A stretch of DNA of 64,000 nt from contig JASGKB010000013.1 in assembly GCA_049840675.1 (NCBI GenBank), positions 27,288-91,287 of the forward strand, read 5' to 3'. The notes under the pieces were generated by a model. That model had not been told where the DNA came from. It made no database searches and worked only from the letters and a program-made list of their open reading frames with translations. The position numbers and the translations under genes are program-made. The DNA is from Pirellulales bacterium (GTDB lineage Bacteria > Planctomycetota > Planctomycetia > Pirellulales > PNKZ01). Every line of letters begins with the position of its first letter. The stretch's first letter is position 1. This document shows, one piece after another, positions 33,309 through 43,451 of the stretch.

Positions 33309-34742
33309 ATGGTCGCGTCATGGTTTCGCGGTCGCGGTTCCTTTATCGGCAGGCGGCATGCGACGGCTGCCGTGTTGTTGCTAACGTGCTTTACGACGAC
33401 GGCGAGCTTGGCGCTTGCGGCCGAGCCTGCGAAGGAAGCGATCGATGTGGAGCGGCAGTTGCGAATCGGCCGCGAGCTCTTCACGCGCGAGTGGCAGCCA
33501 AAAGGACGCAACGGCGTAGGCGACGGTCTGGGCCCGCTGTTTAACGAACGATCCTGCGTCGCCTGTCATAAACAGGGAGGCATCGGCGGCGGCGGTCCGG
33601 CGGGGAACAACGTCCAAATCATCAACGTCGGGAAAATTGATCCGAAGGATCCTTGGTTCCCCACGGAAAGTTACCAGCGAACGTTGCTGTTTCCGTCGCT
33701 CGAGGCCGACAAAAGCTCGCTGGTGTTGCATCGCTTCGGGATGCATCCGCAGTATGAGGTGTGGCGCGAGCTCCGTCTGGAATTTGCCGACGCTGAATCG
33801 CTGTTGGGCGAATATGAAGAGCGAGTGCGACAACTCAAAGAAGTCGGAATCGGTCCGCGCTCGCAAACGTTCGTGCAGAACGACGGCCTGCTGATGATCG
33901 GTCGTCGCGTGACCGAACGTGTGACGCTTTTGCCGCTTACCAAAGAAGAACGCAACACGACGGCTCTGTTCGGCGCGGGACTTATCGACGGCGTGCGGCT
34001 CGAAACGCTGGAAGCCGTCGCCGAGGCGCAGTCGAAGGAGATTCGCGGTCGTCCGGCATTGCTCGCCAACGGCAAAGTCGGGCGGTTCGGTTGGAAGGCG
34101 CAGAACGTCAGTCTGTTCGATTTCAACGAGAACGCATGCGCCGTCGAACTCGGCTTGGAAACCGCGACGCGACAAGAGGCGGCGCTGCCGGTGATCTTCA
34201 CACGTAACCCGAACGCCTCACGCTATGCAGTATTTCGTGAAGCTGTGGGAGAAGACGTAACTCGCGATGAAATTCAAGCGATGACGAACTTCGTCGCCTC
34301 GCTGCCGCAACCGCGCAAGTCGGCCGCGTCGCACAAACGCATCGACGCGATACTCGGCGAACTTGTGTTCGGCGAAATCGGGTGCGCGGATTGTCATACG
34401 CCGAAGCTGGGCTCGATTTCGGGCATCTACAGCGACTTGCTGCTGCATCGCATGGGCGGCTACGGTTCGATTTACTACGGCAGCTCCGGGACGGAAGATT
34501 TGGCGTCGACTCGGCCGCCGGCGGTCGATGAGTTTCGTACGCCGCCGCTGTGGGGCGTGGCCGATAGCGCCCCCTACATGCACGACGGCAGCGCCGCAAC
34601 GTTGCACGACGCGATCATCGCCCACGGCGTGCAAGGTGATCTTGCCGGCAAGAAGTATCGTGAGCTGACCGCGCCGCAACGCCGGCAACTGCTGGGATTC
34701 CTCGCTTCACTACGAGCTCCGGATTTGAACGCCGCGGATTAA
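33309..34742 (+). CDS. Dihaem cytochrome c / thiol-oxidoreductase-like protein (DUF1111 type)
   Basis: Intact 477 aa with a signal peptide and two CxxCH motifs (CVACH, CADCH). Also FRTPPLWG and PYMHDG. Confidence 0.7.
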   Translation: MVASWFRGRGSFIGRRHATAAVLLLTCFTTTASLALAAEPAKEAIDVERQLRIGRELFTREWQPKGRNGVGDGLGPLFNERSCVACHKQGGIGGGGPAGNNVQIINVGKIDPKDPWFPTESYQRTLLFPSLEADKSSLVLHRFGMHPQYEVWRELRLEFADAESLLGEYEERVRQLKEVGIGPRSQTFVQNDGLLMIGRRVTERVTLLPLTKEERNTTALFGAGLIDGVRLETLEAVAEAQSKEIRGRPALLANGKVGRFGWKAQNVSLFDFNENACAVELGLETATRQEAALPVIFTRNPNASRYAVFREAVGEDVTRDEIQAMTNFVASLPQPRKSAASHKRIDAILGELVFGEIGCADCHTPKLGSISGIYSDLLLHRMGGYGSIYYGSSGTEDLASTRPPAVDEFRTPPLWGVADSAPYMHDGSAATLHDAIIAHGVQGDLAGKKYRELTAPQRRQLLGFLASLRAPDLNAAD

Positions 34743-35045
34743 GCGGCGGCGCCCTTGCGGAAAGCCGCGAGCGTTTCGGCACGTCTTGCCCCCGATGGAG
34801 GGATTCCGTCGTAAAAGTCAGCTTGGCGGGCGTGGGAGGCGTACGAATTTACAGACCTTTTACAATCGTCCGACTGGCCCGTGACACGCGAAATCGCGGG
34901 CATCTCTAGAATCCGTCGATGTGAAACAAGGGGTGACGGCGAGCTGCTCGGCGGCAACGGAATAGGCCGAGCGCCGGCTTCTTGGTCACGCCCGGCCGCG
35001 GCACGAATGCCGCGGCGAACACCGCAGATTCTAGAGGAACTTTCG

Positions 35046-36059
35046 ATGTCGATCGACACTCGTCCTGCTTCGCCGTTGCAGTCGCCGCTGCCGCATGAAC
35101 ATGCGCCGCAAGTGCCGCCCGCCGGGGAAGCGACGCTGTTGGATATTCGCCCCACGCGCGGCCGTAAAGAACGAGTCACCTCGAACGCCCGCGGCGAAGA
35201 GCCGTTCCGCGACGGGATCGACTGGCCGGTGCTGTTGTGGTTCGGCGCTTTGCACATCGGTGCGTTGGCCGCGCCGTTCTTTTTCTCGTGGCAAGGCCTG
35301 GCGCTGTTCGCGGTGATGCAGTTCATCACCGGAAGCATCGGCGTTTGCATGGGTTACCACCGGCTGCTCACGCACGGCAGTTTCCAAACTTACAAGCCGA
35401 TGCGCTGGCTGTTTGCGTTCCTCGGTGAAATGTCGGGCGAAGGCACCGCGTTTCAATGGGTCGCCACGCACCGCAAGCACCACGCTTACAGCGACCAAGA
35501 TGAAGATCCGCACTCGCCGCGTCACGGCGGGTTGTGGGCGCACATCAAGTGGATGCTGCCGAACTACGGTCGCAAGTATCACGACGAATTGTATCAGCGC
35601 TACGCCCCGGATTTGTTGAAAGACAAGGGGATGCACTTCCTGCACAAGGCATTCTTGCCGTTGCACTTCTTAATGGGCGCCACGTTCTTCGGCGTCGGTT
35701 ATGCGATCGGCGGTTGGTACATGGCCGCTTCGCTCCTAACGTGGGGCATGTTCCTGCGGTTGGTGTACGTCCTGCACATCACCTGGTTCGTCAACTCGGC
35801 CACGCACATGTGGGGCTACCGCAACTACAAGACGACCGACGACAGCACGAACCTCTGGTGGGTCGGCGTTCTGGCGTTCGGCGAAGGCTGGCACAACAAC
35901 CACCACGCGTATCAACGCATGGCCAAGCACGGCCACCGCTGGTGGGAATTCGACATCACCTACATTCAGATCCGCGTGCTTGAGAAACTCGGGCTGATTT
36001 GGAACGTCGTCCACGACGTGCCGGGCCGCAAGTTGCACGCGGAAGTGGATCACGCGTAA
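35046..36059 (+). CDS. Membrane acyl-CoA/acyl-lipid (delta-9-type) fatty acid desaturase
   Basis: ATG 35046 within ORF 34881..36059. Three His boxes: GYHRLLTH, HRKHHAYSD, GEGWHNNHHAY. Confidence 0.85.
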   Translation: MSIDTRPASPLQSPLPHEHAPQVPPAGEATLLDIRPTRGRKERVTSNARGEEPFRDGIDWPVLLWFGALHIGALAAPFFFSWQGLALFAVMQFITGSIGVCMGYHRLLTHGSFQTYKPMRWLFAFLGEMSGEGTAFQWVATHRKHHAYSDQDEDPHSPRHGGLWAHIKWMLPNYGRKYHDELYQRYAPDLLKDKGMHFLHKAFLPLHFLMGATFFGVGYAIGGWYMAASLLTWGMFLRLVYVLHITWFVNSATHMWGYRNYKTTDDSTNLWWVGVLAFGEGWHNNHHAYQRMAKHGHRWWEFDITYIQIRVLEKLGLIWNVVHDVPGRKLHAEVDHA

Positions 36060-36106
36060 GTCGCCCGCTGCCGGGCGTTGGACGCCTGCCGCAGAATGCG
36101 AAATAG

Positions 36107-36148
36107 AAACGGCCCGGGGAGTAATTTCCCCGGGCCGTTTTCTTTTTG
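36107..36148. terminator. Rho-independent terminator between convergent genes
   Basis: 14-bp perfect stem aaacggcccgggga / tccccgggccgttt with a 6-nt loop, followed by tctttttg. Confidence 0.65.
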
Positions 36149-36184
36149 ACTCTTCTTACGTCGTCCGTTGCAAGCTTCGCGCAC

Positions 36185-36655
36185 TCAGCGCGGCTTGTTC
36201 GGCGGTGCAAACGGGTTCGTCGCTTGCCCCAGCACCGCTTCGTTGCGGTCGCGGTAGTGCGGCATGAGGCCGTCGAGACGGCAGGTTCGCAGAATGTCGT
36301 GATTGCGATCGCTGAGGCCGCAAATGCGGAGGCAGCCGTCGTGGATGCTAAGCCGCTTCTGCAGGTACACGAGTTGACCAACTAGCGCCGTATGCAACAT
36401 CGGTACGTGCGACAAGTCGAGCACTAAACGATAAGTGAAGTGCTGATCGACCAATTGCCACACGGATTCGGCCAGCGGCGGCGTATCCCACTCGTTGTCG
36501 TGTTCGGAACGCACCTCGACGATCAACCAATCGGGTCCACGTTCGACGTCCATGATCCAGCCGGGAGCGATGACGACCATCGGCGCGTTTCCTTCCAGCA
36601 TATGAGGCCGCATGACGACGGCGCCGCATTGCGCCGTACGATGCTCGAGACGCAT
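36185..36655 (-). CDS. STAS-domain protein (anti-sigma-factor-antagonist-like)
   Basis: ..YRLVLDLSHVPMLHTALVGQLVYLQKRLSIHDGCLRICGLSDRNHDILRTCRLDGL.. matches the STAS layout. Start uncertain. Confidence 0.45.
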   Translation of the reverse strand: MRLEHRTAQCGAVVMRPHMLEGNAPMVVIAPGWIMDVERGPDWLIVEVRSEHDNEWDTPPLAESVWQLVDQHFTYRLVLDLSHVPMLHTALVGQLVYLQKRLSIHDGCLRICGLSDRNHDILRTCRLDGLMPHYRDRNEAVLGQATNPFAPPNKPR

Positions 36656-36801
36656 CGCGAGACTTCATCATAACGAAGCGGCGGCGCGATACAAAGAATC
36701 GCCGCAAGCATTCCACCGCCGGCACTTCGAAACGGCGGGCAAACCTTGCATTCCGAACAGTCGACGCCGTCGACACGGCCGAAACAACTTGTCCGGCGCG
36801 G

Positions 36802-37883
36802 TTAGAACAAATTCCCCTGCGCCGGCTCTTCGGGAACTTCCAAACCGAGGTGAACATAACCGGCGCTGGTTGCTTTTCGACCGCGCGGCGTGCGAATCAC
36901 CAGCCCGGCGCGTAACAGAAAAGGTTCGACTTCGTCGACCAGCGTGTCGGGCGGCAAGTTCATCGTATGGGCGACCGCTTCGACGCCGACCGGTCCGCCG
37001 TGGAACGTCTGAGTGATGGTGAGCAAATACTTGCGGTCCTGGCCGTCGAGCCCGAGCTTGTCGATGGCCTGCATCTTCAGCGCGGCGTCGGCCACGGGGA
37101 GCGTGACATTGCCGTCATGTTTGCTCGTCGCATAATCGCGCACCCAGCGGAGGCGATTGTTGGCCAGTCGGGGCGTACCGCGGCTGCGCGTTGCGATTTC
37201 GCGACACGCCTCCGGGGCGATTTCCGTATTCAACTTCCGAGCGTTGCGGGCCACGATCTCAGCGAGTTCTTCCAGGGTGTAAAACTCCAAGTGCTCGCGC
37301 ATGACGAAGCGATCACGCAGCGGAGCGGAGATGAGGCCGGCGCGGGTCGTCGCGCCGATCAAAGTGAATGGCCGCAACGGCATGTTGATCGTGCGAGCGT
37401 TCATGCCGTCGCCGAGCGTGATGTCGATCCGGAAGTCTTCCATCGCTGGATAAAGGAACTCTTCGACGACTTTCGGCAGGCGATGGATTTCGTCGATGAA
37501 CAACACCGAGTTTTCTTCGGCGTTCGTCAGATACGGCACCAAATCCTTCGGAGCTTGCAAGGCTGCGCCGCTGGCGATCTGGAAGCCGACTCCCATCTCG
37601 CGCGGAATCGCCATTGCCAGCGTCGTCTTGCCGAGCCCGGGCGGACCGTCGAAGAGGATATGGCCGAGAATTTCACTCCGCTTGCGGGCCGCGTCGAGCG
37701 CGATTTCCAAGCGAGCGGTGACCTCTCCCTGCCCGACCATATCGCGAATGCGTTGAGGACGTAGGGCGCGATCTTCTTCATCGCCGGCCGGTTCCGACGC
37801 GCCGGCGCAGCGTAAGTGCGCCGGCTTATCGGTTCGTCGTCGTCGCCCGCAGGCGGCCCGCTTACGATCGGTTCACGCGGCAT
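36802..37883 (-). CDS. ruvB: Holliday junction helicase RuvB; frameshift between about 37795 and 37850
   Basis: ORF 36802..37740: GPPGLGKTTLA, LFIDEIHRL, GATTR. The conserved LRPQRIRDMVGQ extends upstream of the listed Met without a start codon. ATG 37883 (MPREPIVSGPPAGDDDEP..) is in another frame. Confidence 0.9.
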
Positions 37884-38030
37884 GGCTGGAGGAAGCTGAG
37901 AGAAGTGAGCGGGGAGCGAAGAAGCCAATCTAGCCGACGTGTTGCACAAACGTCCAGAGGATGTCCGTCGTCAGTGGTAACTGGTCCGTCCTTGTACGCT
38001 TCATCTTGATGCGACTGACAACTGACAAAG

Positions 38031-38654
38031 CTACTGATTCTTCTTGTCGTAAATGATCTGCAGCAGTTCTTGTACGTCGGAGAATTTCTTCTTCGCGCCG
38101 AGCACGCCGTCGACCAGCTTGCGGGCTTCGGCTTCTGAGTGCCCGAGGCCGCGAAGGACTTCATAAGTTTCGCTGATCACGTCGTGCTTGCCCGCCGTTT
38201 CCGGCGGCACGTCGCGCGCTACGAGCAGAGCGAACTTCGGCACCTTGCGGCGAAGCTTGGCAATGACTCGTTCGGCCATCGCGGGGCCGATGCCGGGGAG
38301 CGACGACAGCACCTTCGCATCTTGATCTTCAATCGCCGAAGCCACCTCGCCGACCGGGCGGACCATGGCCCGGAGCGCTTTCTTCACACCGACGCCGTCG
38401 ACCGAACAAAACAGATCGAAGAACTCGCGTTCGATGATGTTGAGGAATCCGATGATCCGCGGGGTCAAACGCCCCTGCATCGGATTGCCTTCCAGGTATT
38501 CGATCGTATGTAGGCTGATCGTGTCTCCGAGGCGATTCTGCAACGACCGCCGCGTGTACTCGGAAATCAGAACTTCATGTTCATAGGCGTCGACGGCCAG
38601 CGTCAGTTCGTCCTGAGCCACGGCCACGAGCTTGCCGGTGATTTTGGTGATCAA
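38031..38654 (-). CDS. ruvA: Holliday junction DNA-binding protein RuvA
   Basis: TTG 38654 gives (M)ITKITGKLVAV... HhH motifs: VDGVGVKKALRAM and LPGIGPAMAERVI. C-terminal domain III. Confidence 0.8.
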   Translation of the reverse strand: MITKITGKLVAVAQDELTLAVDAYEHEVLISEYTRRSLQNRLGDTISLHTIEYLEGNPMQGRLTPRIIGFLNIIEREFFDLFCSVDGVGVKKALRAMVRPVGEVASAIEDQDAKVLSSLPGIGPAMAERVIAKLRRKVPKFALLVARDVPPETAGKHDVISETYEVLRGLGHSEAEARKLVDGVLGAKKKFSDVQELLQIIYDKKNQ

Positions 38655-38679
38655 AGCGAGAATCCGTTCGGTTGCGAAA

Positions 38680-39192
38680 TCAACGATGTGCCGGTCGCCG
38701 TGCCAGCGCCGCCCAATCACGATTCGAGTAATAGTGGCAAAGCGCGATGGCCAAGGCGTCGCTTACGTCGGCCGGTTCCGGCACGGTTGCCAGTTTGAGC
38801 TCGAACCGCACGGCGTGCTGGATCTGTTCCTTCGACGCGTGGCCGTTGCCGGTGAGCGTCTTTTTGACCTGCGTTGCGGCATAGTGAACCACTTCGAGGC
38901 CCGCTTTGGCCGCGGCCAGGCAAATGACGCCGCGCGCATGTCCCATCAAGATCGCCGTTCTGGGACGCTCGTAATGCGAATAGAGTTGCTCGATGGCGAC
39001 GACGTCCGGCTTGAGCGCTTCAATCACCTCGCACACGCCGTCGTGAATCTCTCGCAGGCGGGCCGTGAGCGAGTCCTTGGTCTTGCCTCGCACGACGCCG
39101 GCCTCGCGCACGATCGGTCCGCCTGCGGCGACTTCGAGGACGCCGTAGCCGGTGATGTTTAGGCCGGGATCAATGCCGAGAACGATGGGCAT
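38680..39192 (-). CDS. ruvC: Holliday junction resolvase RuvC
   Basis: ATG 39192 gives MPIVLGIDPGLNITGYGVLE. Also AIEQLY, GNGHASKEQIQ, DVSDALAIALCH. Confidence 0.85.
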   Translation of the reverse strand: MPIVLGIDPGLNITGYGVLEVAAGGPIVREAGVVRGKTKDSLTARLREIHDGVCEVIEALKPDVVAIEQLYSHYERPRTAILMGHARGVICLAAAKAGLEVVHYAATQVKKTLTGNGHASKEQIQHAVRFELKLATVPEPADVSDALAIALCHYYSNRDWAALARRPAHR

Positions 39193-39200
39193 ACGGGCAA

Positions 39201-40856
39201 CTACTTCTGGACGCTCCAACTCGTGCCGTCGGGACGATCTTCCAGCACGACGCCGATGTCCGCCAAACCTTTGCGGATGCCGTCGGCCGTGGCGAAGTTT
39301 TTGTTCTTGCGAGCGTCGGCCCGCACTTCGATGAAGAGCTTCATGAGCTTACCGACGAGTTCGTCGCCCGCTCCGGCGGAACCCGGCTTTTGCACGGGAG
39401 CGCGGAACAACCCGACGGTGTTGGCCAGTTCGCGGAGTACGGCCGCGCCGCGTTTGAGCACCGCAACTTTCGCCGTATCGGCTTTACCGGTGCCTTCAAG
39501 CTTCTCGGCGTCGACGAACCGATTGAGCAGCCGAACCAACTCGAAGAGGTCGCCGATGGCGCCTCCCGTGTTGAAGTCGTCGTCCATCGCTTCTAAGAAC
39601 TTCTTGCGATGTTCGGCGATCGCCTGCTCGGTCACGTCGGCGCCCGGCGTGTATTCGCCTTGTTCGCGCTTCGCGGCGGCGGCCAAGGTGTAGAAGTCCT
39701 CGCCAGTCACGCGCTTGTAGCGTTCGAAGAAGCGGTAGAACTGATCGAGGCCCTTTTCGACGTCGTCAATTCGCTCTTCGCTGAAGTCGATCGGCCGGCG
39801 ATAGTGTGACGAGAGCAGGAAGAAGCGGATCGTTTCGCCCGCGTATTTCTTCAGCAATTCGCTGAACGCCGAGGCTCCCTTGCTCTTGCCGATTTTGCCG
39901 GCTTCTTGAGCCGCTTGATCTCCTTCGGCGACGGAACTCGTCGCGCCGACTTCGCCCGCTTGACGCGAGCGACCGCCGACCTTGCCGCTTTCGCCCGAAG
40001 CCTGCATCAGGCCGTTGTGCAGCCAATACTTGGCCAGCGGCTTGCCGTTGCAGCATTCGCTCTGAGCGACTTCGTTTTCATGATGCGGGAACACCAGATC
40101 GAGCCCGCCGCCGTGAATATCGAACGATTCGCCGAGGATCTTGCCGGCCATGGCCGAGCATTCGATATGCCAGCCCGGTCGCCCTTCGCCCCAGGGACTT
40201 TTCCACGACGGTTCACCCGGCTTAGCCCCTTTCCAAAGTGCGAAGTCTGCCGACGATTTCTTCCGATCTGCCGCACCGCCCCCTTCGCCTTGCATGGCTT
40301 CGAGCGAACGGCCGCTAAGCTTGCCGTATTCGCGGTCGCGGCCGACGTCGAAGAAGACGTCGCCGTCGGAGGCATATGCGAAGCCGCGGTCGATCAACTT
40401 CTGCGTGAAGTCAATGATGTCTTGCATGTGCGCCGTGGCTTTGGGGAAGTGATCGATCGTGTCGATGCCCATAGCCCCGAGGTTGCGGTGGTAGTCGGCC
40501 GTCATTTCTTCGGCGACGGCCTGCATGGTCATGCCGCGCTTGTTGGCCTCGGCAATCAGCTTGTCGTCGACGTCGGTAATGTTGACGACCCACGTGACTT
40601 GGTAGCCGACGTACGTGAGGTACCGCTTGATCGAATCGAAGATGATCGGACCGACCATGTGCCCGATATGGCTCGGCTTGTAGACCGTCGGGCCGCAGAG
40701 ATAGATGCCGACTTTGCCCGGTTCGAGCGTTTCGAACGGTTCTTTCGTCTTCGAGAGCGTGTTGTACACGCGGAGCGGGTACTTCGGCGCCACGGTTGCA
40801 GCGGCAGAACGGCTCGGAGCGGCGGCGGTCGTATTCACGGCGGAAACTCTTCGCAA
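39201..40856 (-). CDS. cysS: Cysteinyl-tRNA synthetase
   Basis: Intact 551 aa. LRVYNTLSKTKEPF, CGPTVYKPSHIGH (HIGH), GWHIECSAM, HGGGLDLVFPHHENE, KMSKS-like KIGKS. A Gly/Ser/Ala-rich insertion of about 30 aa precedes the last motif. Confidence 0.9.
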   Translation of the reverse strand: MRRVSAVNTTAAAPSRSAAATVAPKYPLRVYNTLSKTKEPFETLEPGKVGIYLCGPTVYKPSHIGHMVGPIIFDSIKRYLTYVGYQVTWVVNITDVDDKLIAEANKRGMTMQAVAEEMTADYHRNLGAMGIDTIDHFPKATAHMQDIIDFTQKLIDRGFAYASDGDVFFDVGRDREYGKLSGRSLEAMQGEGGGAADRKKSSADFALWKGAKPGEPSWKSPWGEGRPGWHIECSAMAGKILGESFDIHGGGLDLVFPHHENEVAQSECCNGKPLAKYWLHNGLMQASGESGKVGGRSRQAGEVGATSSVAEGDQAAQEAGKIGKSKGASAFSELLKKYAGETIRFFLLSSHYRRPIDFSEERIDDVEKGLDQFYRFFERYKRVTGEDFYTLAAAAKREQGEYTPGADVTEQAIAEHRKKFLEAMDDDFNTGGAIGDLFELVRLLNRFVDAEKLEGTGKADTAKVAVLKRGAAVLRELANTVGLFRAPVQKPGSAGAGDELVGKLMKLFIEVRADARKNKNFATADGIRKGLADIGVVLEDRPDGTSWSVQK

Positions 40857-40892
40857 AGGCAGGGAGTGACTTAATTCCGTTCGTCGAAAAAA

Positions 40893-41436
40893 CTAATCGC
40901 GTTCCAACAGCGCCGACGCATTCGGCCATCATCGCTTCTTGCCGGCCGACGGGCCCGACCTGTTCGCCGGTCTTCGCTTTCACGCCGACGCAATCGGCCG
41001 GTACTTCCAGCAATTCACCGATGCGGCGGCGGATCGCGTCTTTGTACGGCGAGAGTTTCGGCAATTGGGCGAACACGATGCAATCGACGTTCACGACGCT
41101 CCAACCCCCGGCTTTGACCCGCTCCAGCGCCCGACGAAGCATGTCGGCCGAGTCGCGGTTACGATTTTCCGGAGCGTTGTCGGGGAACATTTCGCCGATG
41201 TCGCCCAAAGCCGCGGCGCCGAGTAAGGCGTCGGTCACGGCATGCAGCAGGACGTCGGCGTCGCTATGCCCGATGAGCCCGTGGCTGTGGGGAACGTCGA
41301 TTCCACCGAGCCGGAGCGGTAAGCCGGGCCCCAAGCGGTGGGTGTCGTGTCCGATCCCGATTCTGACGGCGCGAGTGATACGCCTCCTCCGTGGCTGCGT
41401 GTGGCGGATACAGATATACGGTGGCGGCAATTCCAT
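40893..41436 (-). CDS. ispF: 2-C-methyl-D-erythritol 2,4-cyclodiphosphate synthase; frameshift near 40910-40916; start uncertain
   Basis: RIGIGHDTHRL, GHSDADVLLHAVTDALLGA, GDIGEMFP. After ..QEAMMAECV a 1-nt shift gives ALLERD-stop at 40893, whereas the listed ORF 40411..41565 runs into cysS. Confidence 0.85.
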
Positions 41437-41610
41437 TCTGCCGACCGCCTGAAATTTTAGCCAAACAGGGAAATTGCCACAACGCCGGCAAGTACGGCCG
41501 GCGAGGTCGAATGTTCGGAATTCGCAGCGTGCGTATAATGCCGCCGGCCATGAACGCGTCGGCAAGCGACGCGGCTATTTGAAACTGAACTCCGAACTGC
41601 GAAATGCCGC

Positions 41611-42611
41611 ATGCCCGTCGTTGAAATTGAAGGCCTTACGAAGTCGTATCGTGTTTACCAGAAGAACGAAGGGCTGATGGCCGCGGTTCGCGGCCTCTTT
41701 CAACGTACCTATCGCACGGTCGATGCCGTCCGTGGCATTGATCTGACCGTCGACCAAGGAGAGTTCGTTGCTTTCCTCGGTCCCAACGGCGCAGGCAAGA
41801 CGACGACTCTGAAGCTCCTGTCCGGCGTCATTCATCCCAGTGGCGGCACGGCCCGCGTGATGGGGTACGTGCCGTGGAAACGCGAGCATGCTTATCGCCG
41901 CCGATTTGCCTTGGTGATGGGGCAGAAGAATCAACTCTGGTGGGATTTACCGGCTCAGGAATCGTTCCGCCTGCACCAGCAGATTTACCGGATCGACGCG
42001 AAGGACTTCGATCGTACACGCGACGAACTCACCGAACTGCTCCAAGTTCGACAACTGCTCGGTCGCCCGGTGCGCGAGTTGTCGCTCGGCGAGCGGATGA
42101 AGATGGAGCTCATTGCGGCGCTGCTTCATTCCCCCGAGGTGCTGTTTCTCGACGAGCCGACGATCGGTCTCGACGTCGTCGCTCAGCACAATATCCAGCA
42201 ATTCTTGAAGCACTATCAAGAAGTTCGGCAGATCACGATTCTGCTGACGAGCCACTACATGAAAGACGTGGCGGCTCTCTGTCGCCGCGCCGTGATCATT
42301 GCACAAGGCCGGATCATGTACGACGGTTCGCTCGCCGGAATCGTCGACCGTTTCAGCGGTCACAAAGTCGTGACGCTCGCCTTCGCCGACGACATGGAAC
42401 TTCCCGATCTCTCCCGCTTCGGCACGGTCGTCGAAGCCCGCGCGCCAAAGTGAAGTTGCGGGTCGACCGCCCGAAAGTCGCGGAAATGCTGGCCGTGGTA
42501 TTGCGTGATCACGTCGTCAGCGATGTTTCCGTCGAAGACCCGCCGCTGGAAGAAGTAATCGCCGACATGTTCCAAAGCGCGGAGGCGTCGCTGGCGACGA
42601 CCGACGCATGA
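41611..42611 (+). CDS. ABC transporter ATP-binding protein (ABC-2 exporter); frameshift near 42445-42452
   Basis: Walker [10 protein letters not shown], signature LSLGERMK, Walker B LFLDEPT. After ..VVEARAPK the text continues as [41 protein letters not shown] (tail of ORF 41874..42611). The stop overlaps the next ATG (ATGA). Confidence 0.85.
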
Positions 42612-43447
42612 GCACGGCCGCTGCCAACATCACGTCGCGCGTCGGCGTTTGGTGGACGATCCTCCGCATCTGCATCGAAGAGCGGCTCGTCTATCGGGGT
42701 GACTTTGCGCTCGGCACGCTGATGCGATTTTTGCCGATCATCACACAGACGTTCCTCTGGACGGCCGTGTTCGTCGGCGCCGGGGGGCCTGCCGCGATCG
42801 GCGGCTTCACGCGCGACGAGTTTATCGCATACTACCTGCTCACCTACATCGCTCGGGCTTTTTCGAGCATGCCCGGCTTGGCCGGCTCGATTGCCGCACA
42901 AGTCCGGTCCGGCGAAATTAAGAAATATCTCGTGCAGCCGATCGACTTGCTGACGTTTCTCTTCCTCTCGCGCCTGGCGCACAAGCTCGTCTATTACGCC
43001 GTGGCGACGGCCCCGTTTGCCCTCGTGTTTTACATTTGCCGCGGTTACTTCAACGGCTGGCCCGACGCTCCGACGTTCGCGGCGTTCGTGCTCTCGCTCA
43101 TGATGTCGTTCTTGCTCGGCTTTTTCTTGGAAGCGACGCTCGGCATGATCGGCTTTTGGTTCCTGGAAGTGTCGTCATTGCTCTTCGTGTACATGCTGTT
43201 CAACTTCTTCTTCTCCGGCCACATGTTCCCGCTGACCATTCTCAGCGAGCCGTGGCGGACGATCGTGCTCTATCAACCGCTGCAGTATCTCGCATATTTT
43301 CCGGCCGCGGTGTTTTTGGGCAAAGTTCAAGGCGCTGAGCTCGTGCAAGGCTTGCTTGGCCAAGCGGCTTGGACCGTGGCGTTCATCGTCGCAGCCCGCA
43401 CGGCGATGCATTTCGGGTTGAAACGCTATTCGGCCTTCGGCGGGTAA
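42608..43447 (+). CDS. ABC-2 family permease (DUF990 type)
   Basis: Intact 279-aa polytopic membrane protein, translationally coupled to the ATPase. Confidence 0.7.
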   Translation: MSTAAANITSRVGVWWTILRICIEERLVYRGDFALGTLMRFLPIITQTFLWTAVFVGAGGPAAIGGFTRDEFIAYYLLTYIARAFSSMPGLAGSIAAQVRSGEIKKYLVQPIDLLTFLFLSRLAHKLVYYAVATAPFALVFYICRGYFNGWPDAPTFAAFVLSLMMSFLLGFFLEATLGMIGFWFLEVSSLLFVYMLFNFFFSGHMFPLTILSEPWRTIVLYQPLQYLAYFPAAVFLGKVQGAELVQGLLGQAAWTVAFIVAARTAMHFGLKRYSAFGG

Positions 43448-43451
43448 TACG

